DNA of 32,000 bases from Promethearchaeia archaeon (GTDB lineage: Archaea; Asgardarchaeota; Lokiarchaeia; Sigyniarchaeales; SOKP01). Position numbers and translations under genes: made by a program. Positions 1 through 7,893 of the stretch are shown here, one piece after another. How positions within the stretch are numbered: position 1 is the first letter of the stretch; every line of letters begins with the position of its first letter. The stretch is taken from the NCBI GenBank assembly GCA_046497275.1, contig JAWOFX010000029.1, positions 12,792 through 44,791 of the forward strand, given 5' to 3'. The notes beneath the pieces were generated by a model that worked only from the letters and a program-made list of their open reading frames with translations, did no database searches and was not told the origin of the DNA.

Positions 1-643
1 GCATAATTACTCTTCCTGGTCCGGTTAATTGAGCAACTAAGCCTTCACCAGAGAGAACCGTTGATTTTAGACCACCAACCTTTTTAATATCAAAAGACAC
101 ACTAGATTCCATAGATACTAGATGACCATTATCGCAATTGAAAATCTGTCCATCTGCTAACGTGATTTCATGGAAAGCGCCCATTGCACCAATAAATAAA
201 TCTCCAGGTCCATTTAAAGCTTGAACATTTAAGAAAAAGGCTCTCTCACCACCAAAAAAAGAACGTTTTAATCCTAAAAAGTTTGTCTCGGTTTCAAAAT
301 GTATTGAACTTGCGACAAAGCAACCACTAAACAGAACCCAACTTTCATTCTTCTCTAATGGGATTTGCATTAAATCTCCAGGAAAAGCAGGGGCTAATCC
401 TACATAACCATCGTCATGAGCTTCAAAAGTGTTCATAAAAAAGGTCTCCCCAGCAAGAGCTCTTTTTAAAGATTTTAAAAATCCAGAAGAGGCTTTTTTT
501 GTTGAAATTTCTAATGTAGGATCAAAATAAATCATTGTACCTCCTTCGCATTGTATTTTTTGTCCTTTTCTTAAGTGCACCCTCAAATAAGAAAAAGTGG
601 GTCGTTCTAAAACTTCAAAATCATACTCTATTCCTTTTGGCAT
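1..643 (-). CDS. AIM24/TIGR00266 family protein, 3' end runs off the window
   Basis: Manual translation from ATG at 643 (GGAG upstream): MPKGIEYDFEVLERPTFSYLRVHLRKGQKIQCEGGTMIYFD...LKRALAGETFFMNTF...LAPAFPGDL...FGGERAFF...DNGHLVSMES...SGEGLVAQLTGPGRVIM. No stop before position 1, so it is absent from the ORF track. Confidence 0.88.
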   Translation of the reverse strand, partial: MPKGIEYDFEVLERPTFSYLRVHLRKGQKIQCEGGTMIYFDPTLEISTKKASSGFLKSLKRALAGETFFMNTFEAHDDGYVGLAPAFPGDLMQIPLEKNESWVLFSGCFVASSIHFETETNFLGLKRSFFGGERAFFLNVQALNGPGDLFIGAMGAFHEITLADGQIFNCDNGHLVSMESSVSFDIKKVGGLKSTVLSGEGLVAQLTGPGRVIM

Positions 644-767
644 TTTTTTTAATCTCCATAATTTGTTGTGAATTAATGATAGATTGTATCATTATTAACT
701 TTTTCCTATATATTTTTCATAAAATAAAAAGAATAGAAATAAGAATTACAAAAAAAATTAGATGTAA

Positions 768-899
768 TTAAGAAAGTAGTTTTAATTTCTTTTTTTTACT
801 CAAAAGATAAATAAGTATGAAGCTTGTAATAAAAACTCCGAAGAGTATATAAAGATCATAACCTGGAATCGTGATTCCATCTCCTCCGACAAATCCCAT
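768..899 (-). CDS. 43-aa micro-protein made only of a Loki-CTERM-like sorting signal
   Basis: MGFVGGDGITIPGYDLYILFGVFITSFILIYLLSKKKKLKLLS*. GAGGTG Shine-Dalgarno at 916-911. In-frame TAA at 926-924 prevents upstream extension. Same IPGY-TM-basic layout as the tail of 4078..5934. Confidence 0.75.
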   Translation of the reverse strand: MGFVGGDGITIPGYDLYILFGVFITSFILIYLLSKKKKLKLLS

Positions 900-1087
900 T
901 ATTTTATTTTCACCTCTTACTTTTTATTAAAATGAATAAGATTTGAAAAGAATAGATGCATTTATCATATTTAAGTATTTTAGTTGCATAGAGAAATTGG
1001 GATTTTTTGAAATGTGAGAAATGTTTTTATAAATTAAGTAAACTTTCGATTCGTATTTAATTTAAAAAATCAGGTTCGATTCTTGGC

Positions 1088-1870
1088 TTAATCTTCAATT
1101 TTTTTATCTCTCCAAGCCAATAAATCTGTAGAATCTGACACGTTAAATATTTTAAGATAAGCTTCTTCTAAATTGTTAGTATTATTTAAATTTATTATGT
1201 CTTCTATAGTTCCTTCCAATTTCAATGAACCTTCCTTTATTATACCTATTCTATCACATAAATCTTCTGCAATATCTAATAAATGAGTACATATAAAAAC
1301 AGTTTTATTAGCTTTTTTTGATAAATTTTTAATAAGATCTCTAACCATTTTTGCCGCAACAGGATCTAAATTGGAGGTGGGCTCATCTAGAAAGATTATA
1401 TCTGGATCATGAAATAATGCTGCGCATAAACATAATCTCTGTTTCATTCCTCGGGAATATTCTTCAATAAGATCATCTTTTCGTTTTTCCAATTTAAAAA
1501 GATTGAGTAATTCTTCCGTTCTGCTTCTAATCAATTCTTTTTGCATATAATATAATTCCCCCACAAATTCTAAATATTCTACAGCATTTAGTTTTTGATA
1601 AAGAGCGGGTGATTCTGGTAAATATCCTGAATTCTTCTTAACATCAGAAGATTGTTTTAGTAAGTCAAATCCAAGAACTTTTCCACTCCCAGATGTAGGT
1701 TTAATTATGCAATTCAATATTCTAACCGTTGTTGTTTTTCCCGCACCATTTGGACCTATTAAACCATATGTTTCTCCATACTTGATTTTTAAATTCAAAT
1801 TCTTAACTGCGGTGAGTTCTCCATAATTTTTTTTTAAATTATCAGTGTATATTGCGAATTTTTCTTTCAT
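1088..1870 (-). CDS. ABC-2 type exporter ATP-binding subunit
   Basis: Walker A GPNGAGKT, signature YSRGMKQR, Walker B IIFLDEPT, H-loop CTH. Confidence 0.95.
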   Translation of the reverse strand: MKEKFAIYTDNLKKNYGELTAVKNLNLKIKYGETYGLIGPNGAGKTTTVRILNCIIKPTSGSGKVLGFDLLKQSSDVKKNSGYLPESPALYQKLNAVEYLEFVGELYYMQKELIRSRTEELLNLFKLEKRKDDLIEEYSRGMKQRLCLCAALFHDPDIIFLDEPTSNLDPVAAKMVRDLIKNLSKKANKTVFICTHLLDIAEDLCDRIGIIKEGSLKLEGTIEDIINLNNTNNLEEAYLKIFNVSDSTDLLAWRDKKIED

Positions 1871-2059
1871 TTTTTATCTTAATTTTAAGAATATGGTTTT
1901 ATTATAAGAATTTCATATGAGTAATCCAATAAATATTCTAATAGTTAAATTATTATTCTTATGATGAAAAGGATATTAATAATCAATTATTGACTTATAT
2001 TATTTTGATTATTCATATATCTGTGAGAGAATTTTAGCAAAATTATTTATATTTTTATA

Positions 2060-3718
2060 ATGATAACGAAAAGAAATATTAAGATTTGGTGGGCAATAAG
2101 CAAGAAAGAATTTAGAATTTTTACATACAGATTTAAAAAAAGTAGGAAAAAAATTTTAATTCTTTTAACTTTAATCCTCATTTTATGGGGATTCTATTTA
2201 GGTCCTAATATTATCGGATCAATATTTCCACAAATCTTTTATGATTCTGCACTTACATATAAAAGCAGATATAGTGATTTTTTGGGATTTCTTTTCACAA
2301 TCTGCTTCTTAATAAACTTATTAGTTCCGATATATGATTCGTATCGAAGATCTGAAGTAGATCTAAAAGAATTATGTTTATCTGCCCCCGTTAAATTAAA
2401 TGACATTTTTTTTGCTGATTTCTTATGGCGGATTCCTTTTTATGTTTTAGTAGTTTTATTATTGGGGCCTTTAATAGCAGGAACCATAAATCTTATTACT
2501 CCGCTTAATATATTGGAAATCCTTCTTTTATATTTGTGTTTATTAGGGAATTTTATATTTAGTCTATTAATAGGTTCAATTCTTATGGTCTATTTAGAAA
2601 GAACTGTTCTAGACAGTCAAAAAATAAAAAAAAATAGCGCTTACGTTCTATTCTTTATAACACTCATAATTATTGGAGTGATATACTTACTTCAATTTCT
2701 TATTTTTTATTTAACTCAAATTCCAGAGCTAAATTTTATCCTAATAATATTCCCATCATTTTGGTATTCAAATATAGTTACTTATCTTATTGATCCAGAA
2801 TTACTAGTTCTACCTAACCTTAATATCTTAATTTCAGTTAGTACCTCAATAATCATTCCCTTCTTAGTTTTACTTGTATATTATAAAAAGCTAGACAGAA
2901 TAGTGGAAATGGAAAAGTTTAATAAAAATTCTAAAAAAGTACAAAAAAAATTTAGTTTTTTCTCATTAATAGAGTCTATCACTGCTAAAAATTGGAAATT
3001 TTTAGTTTTAACTCAGTTTAAGGAATATTTAAGAGATAAAGAAAATTTGGTTAAAATTATATTTACAATTGCAACTATATTTATTTCGGCTTTAGCCTTG
3101 TTATTATCTTATGATCAACTAATAACTTTTCTAAAAAATAATGGAATAACTGTTGTTAATATAAATGATGTTAAGTTAATAGCAATACCATTATTATCAT
3201 GGTTAGGTTCATTTTTTTTAGCTATTCTAAATGCTGTGTTTTCATTTTTAGAATCAAAAGATTTAATCTTATATTATAGAAAATCTCCACGCGGAGTAAA
3301 AGCCCTCATTTTTTCTTATTTTTATTCTCAAATCCAGTTAATCCTACTAATAGATGTTATCGTTACAATAATAATTTCCTTACTTTATCTATTCGATATA
3401 ATTCTAATATTATACTTTTTCATATTATTTTTCTTTTATGGAGTAATGTCAATAGGTTTAGAGATTGGATTCCAATGTATCAATCCACTGTTTAAATACA
3501 AAACTAAAACTGTACTTATTAACATTTATTACATTATTTTTATCCAAATTATATCATTTTTTATAGTTTTGATGTTAATTATTCCATTAGTGCCAGAATC
3601 AAGTTTACATTTAACAATCTTACACCAAATTTTATTATTGCATTTATTATTGATGTATTGCTCTTTCCTCCCTCTATTTTTATATTTAGGTTATAGAAAA
3701 ATTAAAAAAATTGAATAA
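2060..3718 (+). CDS. Putative ABC exporter permease (two-repeat, about 12 TM), divergent from its probable ATPase
   Basis: Highly hydrophobic; N-terminal 'ISKKEFR' and mid-protein 'TQFKEYLRD' helices typical of ABC-2 permease halves; 'LSAPVK..DIF' and 'YRKSPRG' EAA-like loops; adjacent ATPase. Confidence 0.7.
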   Translation: MITKRNIKIWWAISKKEFRIFTYRFKKSRKKILILLTLILILWGFYLGPNIIGSIFPQIFYDSALTYKSRYSDFLGFLFTICFLINLLVPIYDSYRRSEVDLKELCLSAPVKLNDIFFADFLWRIPFYVLVVLLLGPLIAGTINLITPLNILEILLLYLCLLGNFIFSLLIGSILMVYLERTVLDSQKIKKNSAYVLFFITLIIIGVIYLLQFLIFYLTQIPELNFILIIFPSFWYSNIVTYLIDPELLVLPNLNILISVSTSIIIPFLVLLVYYKKLDRIVEMEKFNKNSKKVQKKFSFFSLIESITAKNWKFLVLTQFKEYLRDKENLVKIIFTIATIFISALALLLSYDQLITFLKNNGITVVNINDVKLIAIPLLSWLGSFFLAILNAVFSFLESKDLILYYRKSPRGVKALIFSYFYSQIQLILLIDVIVTIIISLLYLFDIILILYFFILFFFYGVMSIGLEIGFQCINPLFKYKTKTVLINIYYIIFIQIISFFIVLMLIIPLVPESSLHLTILHQILLLHLLLMYCSFLPLFLYLGYRKIKKIE

Positions 3719-3735
3719 TAGAGATTTATTAGAGA

Positions 3736-4023
3736 CTAATTCAAAGATTTAGCTGGGTTTTTTTTGTTCTTAATTTGAATAAAGATTTTCCAAATTATAA
3801 AAATCAGAATAAAAGGAATTAAGATATAGAGTAAATTCTGAGGATTTAAGATTAAATCATAAAATATTCTTAAACCAATTTCAAAGGGATTCAATATAAA
3901 TAAGTATACCAAAATGTAAAGATATACAGAAATCAAAAAAACTATTAAAAAGAAATCTGCTTTTAAAGAGTATGCAATAAATAAGATTATAAACAAAAAT
4001 ACCATCGCGTATAGAAGCTGCAT
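3736..4023 (-). CDS. Small membrane protein (about 3 TM, basic C-terminus), function unknown
   Basis: 95-aa ORF with an ATG start, directly downstream of the surface-protein gene on the same strand. AT-rich hydrophobic ORFs can be spurious. Confidence 0.55.
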   Translation of the reverse strand: MQLLYAMVFLFIILFIAYSLKADFFLIVFLISVYLYILVYLFILNPFEIGLRIFYDLILNPQNLLYILIPFILIFIIWKIFIQIKNKKNPAKSLN

Positions 4024-4077
4024 TCTTAGTGAAATATCTCTTTATTATTAATATAAATAAAAAAAAATGAAAAGAAT

Positions 4078-5934
4078 TTAGTGTTTATAAAGTATTATCT
4101 TTTTCCTTCTTAATATATAAATAAGCCCAATAATGCTCGTGGTTGAGAATGCAATGAGAACGATTGGTTCATATCCTGGAATTTCTCCTCCTGGTTGAGA
4201 TATCGAGATTACTGTCGCAGAACCATATTTCACGCTAGCGAAACGAAGAACGCCGTTACTATCCCAATCCATATCAATATTAATGTTTGGCATCGGGTCT
4301 GGCATATCCATTTGCATAGATTTAAATGTTATTTGTGTTTTGTCATAGGTACTCCCAAGAAACATTAACAAATTACCAACTGCCGGATAAACCAAGGCTT
4401 CCATAGGATCTGAAAAGGCAACTTCGAGGTCAGCTGGATCAAAAATCCATATACCATCTTCAGGAAAAGGAAAATCCTCGGTAATATCATAATATTCTCC
4501 AGTACCAAAATCAGCATGTATTGTATAATTAAGTTGGGTAGCATTTAATCCGCTTACAACTTCGGCCTCATTTAATATTTCAGTTATATTCAATCGAAGT
4601 TTAATTCCTGTCGTAAGCATTGCGAGTTCTTCTACTTCACTAAAAAGCATATCAAAGCTCAGCATTGAATACTCCCATAACTCATCAATTAACTCATTTA
4701 TGGATAGTTCATACCACGGAACTCCGAAATATTTAATAGAGAAATTATAAAAACCGCCATCATCGGATTGATTAATTGCGTATAATAACTCGAGAGAAGC
4801 ATTATTTAGAATCTCACCTGCAGTAATATCGGGTGCAAATGGAAAATTCTCCATATAGAGAGATTGATTGATACCCATTTTCATGAATTCTATACAATAT
4901 GATATATTCATACTCAAAATGTCAAATCCCGGATCCTCAATAGTTTCGTTAATATTGGTTAATGTTTCATTAATTAACTCTGAAATAGTGAGGACGTCCC
5001 AATCTTCGGGGATAATTGCTGCGTTAATGTCATAATTGATTCCCATCATAGTAAGATTTAACAGATCAGACATGCTACAAGTAACAAGATCTAAGGGGAA
5101 ACCATCAGCACCAGCAGTTTCATTAAGTATATAAATTGATTCATTTAATAATTCCTCCATATCCCAAGTTAAAAGGAAATCTGCCACTTCATCTCCATCA
5201 GAAGTAAAATTAACTATATACAGAATGAAATCAATGAAATTACTGTCAAGTCCAGGAATTATGCCCTCCATAAAGCCGGACATAGTTAGATCTTCCCAAT
5301 CATCGGGGATTTCAAATGTGCCACCAGTGAAATATGTCAAAAGATCATTCATAAAATTATTTAATTGCCACATTAGAAGTTCCTTAAATGTTAAGCTTTC
5401 CCATCCATCAGGTAAAGCTCTTTCTACTGGTGTTTCAGCAGCGATATCCTCAATAATTGTGTCAATTATATCAAAAAGAGTATCTTCAGTAGCACCTTGT
5501 GCTTCAATTATTTGATCAGCAAAAGCAGTTAAATTCATAGATTTCCAATTCGTTAATCCCAAATCATATTCAGTATTTACAAATTCTACCAAGGTTTCAA
5601 TTGTTCCTTCAAAGAGTTCGGTTAAATTGAGGGATTCCCAATTAGGAGGTAAGATATCAGAGAAAATATCAATGCTTATTTGTTTAAAGAACTCAGTGAA
5701 ATTTAAATCTCCATATTCATTCAATTCTTCTTTAAAGTCATCTTTAACACCTTCCAAATCGTCCATAATTTTATCTATAGTGCTGTTACTCAAAACAATA
5801 TTCCATTCATAAACGTCTCCTTCAGAAACACCCACATAACTTGGAATGGTTTGAGCAGTAGAATATCCTTGTAAAGATATCGTAGAAAACATAAGGCTTA
5901 TTATTATTAATGTTAATAATAGTTTTTTCTTCAT
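4078..5934 (-). CDS. Secreted acidic surface (glyco)protein with internal repeats and a Loki-CTERM-like C-terminal anchor
   Basis: Signal peptide MKKKLLLTLIIISLMFSTISLQG; 'YVGVSEGDVYEW' N-terminal motif; many NxS/T sequons; C-terminus GEIPGYEPIVLIAFSTTSIIGLIYILRRKK. ATG at 5934 preferred over TTG at 5940. Confidence 0.85.
   Translation of the reverse strand: MKKKLLLTLIIISLMFSTISLQGYSTAQTIPSYVGVSEGDVYEWNIVLSNSTIDKIMDDLEGVKDDFKEELNEYGDLNFTEFFKQISIDIFSDILPPNWESLNLTELFEGTIETLVEFVNTEYDLGLTNWKSMNLTAFADQIIEAQGATEDTLFDIIDTIIEDIAAETPVERALPDGWESLTFKELLMWQLNNFMNDLLTYFTGGTFEIPDDWEDLTMSGFMEGIIPGLDSNFIDFILYIVNFTSDGDEVADFLLTWDMEELLNESIYILNETAGADGFPLDLVTCSMSDLLNLTMMGINYDINAAIIPEDWDVLTISELINETLTNINETIEDPGFDILSMNISYCIEFMKMGINQSLYMENFPFAPDITAGEILNNASLELLYAINQSDDGGFYNFSIKYFGVPWYELSINELIDELWEYSMLSFDMLFSEVEELAMLTTGIKLRLNITEILNEAEVVSGLNATQLNYTIHADFGTGEYYDITEDFPFPEDGIWIFDPADLEVAFSDPMEALVYPAVGNLLMFLGSTYDKTQITFKSMQMDMPDPMPNINIDMDWDSNGVLRFASVKYGSATVISISQPGGEIPGYEPIVLIAFSTTSIIGLIYILRRKKIILYKH
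4680..5660 (-). repeat. Degenerate intragenic peptide repeats, consensus about P-x-x-W-x-x-[LM]-[TNS]-x-x-[ED]-[LF]
   Basis: PPNWESLNLTELF, TNWKSMNLTAF, PDGWESLTFKELL, PDDWEDLTMSGFM, PEDWDVLTISELI, VPWYELSINELI, plus weaker copies. Boundaries are approximate. Confidence 0.7.
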
Positions 5935-6064
5935 TTTCAATCAATAAGATTTTTTATAAAATACATTAAACCCTTGTAAAAAAATAATTCAATCCATTAT
6001 TTAAATATATTTCAATTTGGTATGGATGAAAGTTTTTAATTTTTTGTGAGTTTTATAGAGTATC

Positions 6065-7000
6065 TTGGTAAAAGAGAATATAAAAAAAGGGATAATATTT
6101 GGGTTTTTTGCCAATTGTTTCATAGGTCTACAGCCTATAGTAGCTAACGCTCGACCAGAGTATATTGATCCTTTCTTTTATGCAGCATTGACAGTCTTAT
6201 TTGAATCAGTTGTTTTCTTACCCATCATGATAATAAAAAGAAGAAAAATTAAAAACGATTTTAATGATGGATTAATTTCTCAAGAAGATTTTTATTCTCT
6301 ACTATATGGATATAGAAAAAATAAATTAGTTTTAATATTTATTGGAGCTGTTTTTGGGATGGGTCAAATTCTGTTTTTTATTGGATATCGTTTAGCAGGT
6401 TCAATAAATGGGTCATTAGCTCAGAAATCTACAATTTTCTTCTCTCTTTTGTTTGGATTTTTATTTTTAAAAGAAAAAATCACAAAACTTCAGATATTAT
6501 TTTCGATATTTCTCTTCTTTGGACTTATTATTGCTGTTACTGAAGGTTCATTTAATTTATTAACATTAAATCTAGGAGTTCTTGTTATAATTATTCTAAC
6601 ATGTATGTGGACGATAGCTCATACCTTAACAAAACCTATATTTGAGAAAAACGAGGGGTTCCCTTCTCAAATAGTTGTTATTAGAAATGGAATAGGTGCT
6701 GTTATTTTGTTTAGTATTTTTTTTATTATTTTTCCAATCCAAGTAATAAATATGTTATTAGATCCTGTTTATGTTTTTTGGGGTTTTGCAATGGGAGCGA
6801 CTTATAGCATAGGTTTGTTTTTTTGGTATCAAACTCTTTCATCCTTAGATGTTTCTAAAGCAAGTATCCTCGTTTCTCCGACTCCAGTTGTGACCGCATT
6901 ATTTGCAACTCTGTTATTACATGAAACATTTACATTTTTTGATTTTTTAGGCACTTTAATCATAATCGTGTCTATCATTATAATAATGAGAGAGAAATAG
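6065..7000 (+). CDS. DMT/EamA family transporter
   Basis: About 10 TM in two repeats, 'FGFLFLKEKIT' and 'FATLLLHETFT' EamA loop motifs. The TTG start is uncertain. Confidence 0.9.
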   Translation: MVKENIKKGIIFGFFANCFIGLQPIVANARPEYIDPFFYAALTVLFESVVFLPIMIIKRRKIKNDFNDGLISQEDFYSLLYGYRKNKLVLIFIGAVFGMGQILFFIGYRLAGSINGSLAQKSTIFFSLLFGFLFLKEKITKLQILFSIFLFFGLIIAVTEGSFNLLTLNLGVLVIIILTCMWTIAHTLTKPIFEKNEGFPSQIVVIRNGIGAVILFSIFFIIFPIQVINMLLDPVYVFWGFAMGATYSIGLFFWYQTLSSLDVSKASILVSPTPVVTALFATLLLHETFTFFDFLGTLIIIVSIIIIMREK

Positions 7001-7079
7001 ATTATTAAATCGGGTATTTTATTGTTTGATAATTTCTCCTAAAAAGTAAAACTTATAGGACAAAAATTTTTAGAAAATA

Positions 7080-7889
7080 TTGAAAATGTCAGATAATATA
7101 ATAATAAAAGTACGGAACTTAAAGAAATACTTCGAAAACGTGAAGGCAGTAGATGGTATCTCTTTTAATGTTAGTGAAGGGGAGGTTTTTGGATTATTAG
7201 GACCGAACGGTGCAGGAAAAACTACCACGATTAAATTACTTCTGGGTTTGCTTGAACCCAATGATGGCGAAATGGAGATATTCGGGTTAGATCCGCAACG
7301 TAATGATGTTCAAATAAAGGCAAATACGGGTTATGTCAGTGAAGAACCTTTGATATTTAAATCCTTAACACCGAAAGATATCTTCAATTTTATTGCCTCA
7401 ATCCGTGAACTTGATGAAACAAAAGTCCAAGAACGAGCTAAAGAATACTTAGAAAGTTTGGATGCTCTTGAATTCTATGATCAAATGGTTGCTACATTAT
7501 CTCATGGGAACAAACAAAAAATCCAGATTATTTCGTCAATTTTGCATGATCCTAATTTGTTAATTTTAGATGAACCATTAGCAGGACTTGATGCGAAATC
7601 AGTAAAAGTGATGAAGGAAATACTTGATATACATACTGAAAATGGAGGAGCAGTCCTATTTTCAACTCATATTATGGAGATTGCTCAAGATATTTGTGAT
7701 AGAATAGCGATTATAAATAAAGGGAAACTAGTTGGAATTGGAACCATAGAGGAATTACGAAAACAATCAGATAAATTAGGGGCGAGTTTGGAGGATGTTT
7801 TCTTACGTCTAACGGAACAAGATACATCAGTTAATGACATTGTGAAAAAATTAAGAGAATCTTTCAAGAAAAAGAAGGAGTTGATGTGA
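7080..7889 (+). CDS. ABC-2 type exporter ATP-binding subunit
   Basis: GPNGAGKT, LSHGNKQK signature, LLILDEPLAGLD, STH. The start may be the ATG at 7086. Confidence 0.95.
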   Translation: MKMSDNIIIKVRNLKKYFENVKAVDGISFNVSEGEVFGLLGPNGAGKTTTIKLLLGLLEPNDGEMEIFGLDPQRNDVQIKANTGYVSEEPLIFKSLTPKDIFNFIASIRELDETKVQERAKEYLESLDALEFYDQMVATLSHGNKQKIQIISSILHDPNLLILDEPLAGLDAKSVKVMKEILDIHTENGGAVLFSTHIMEIAQDICDRIAIINKGKLVGIGTIEELRKQSDKLGASLEDVFLRLTEQDTSVNDIVKKLRESFKKKKELM

Positions 7890-7893
7890 TCTT

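Noticed and set aside
535-771. ORF-track 78-aa plus-strand ORF
   Set aside because: Antisense to the real AIM24-family start (643) and continues into AT-rich intergenic DNA.
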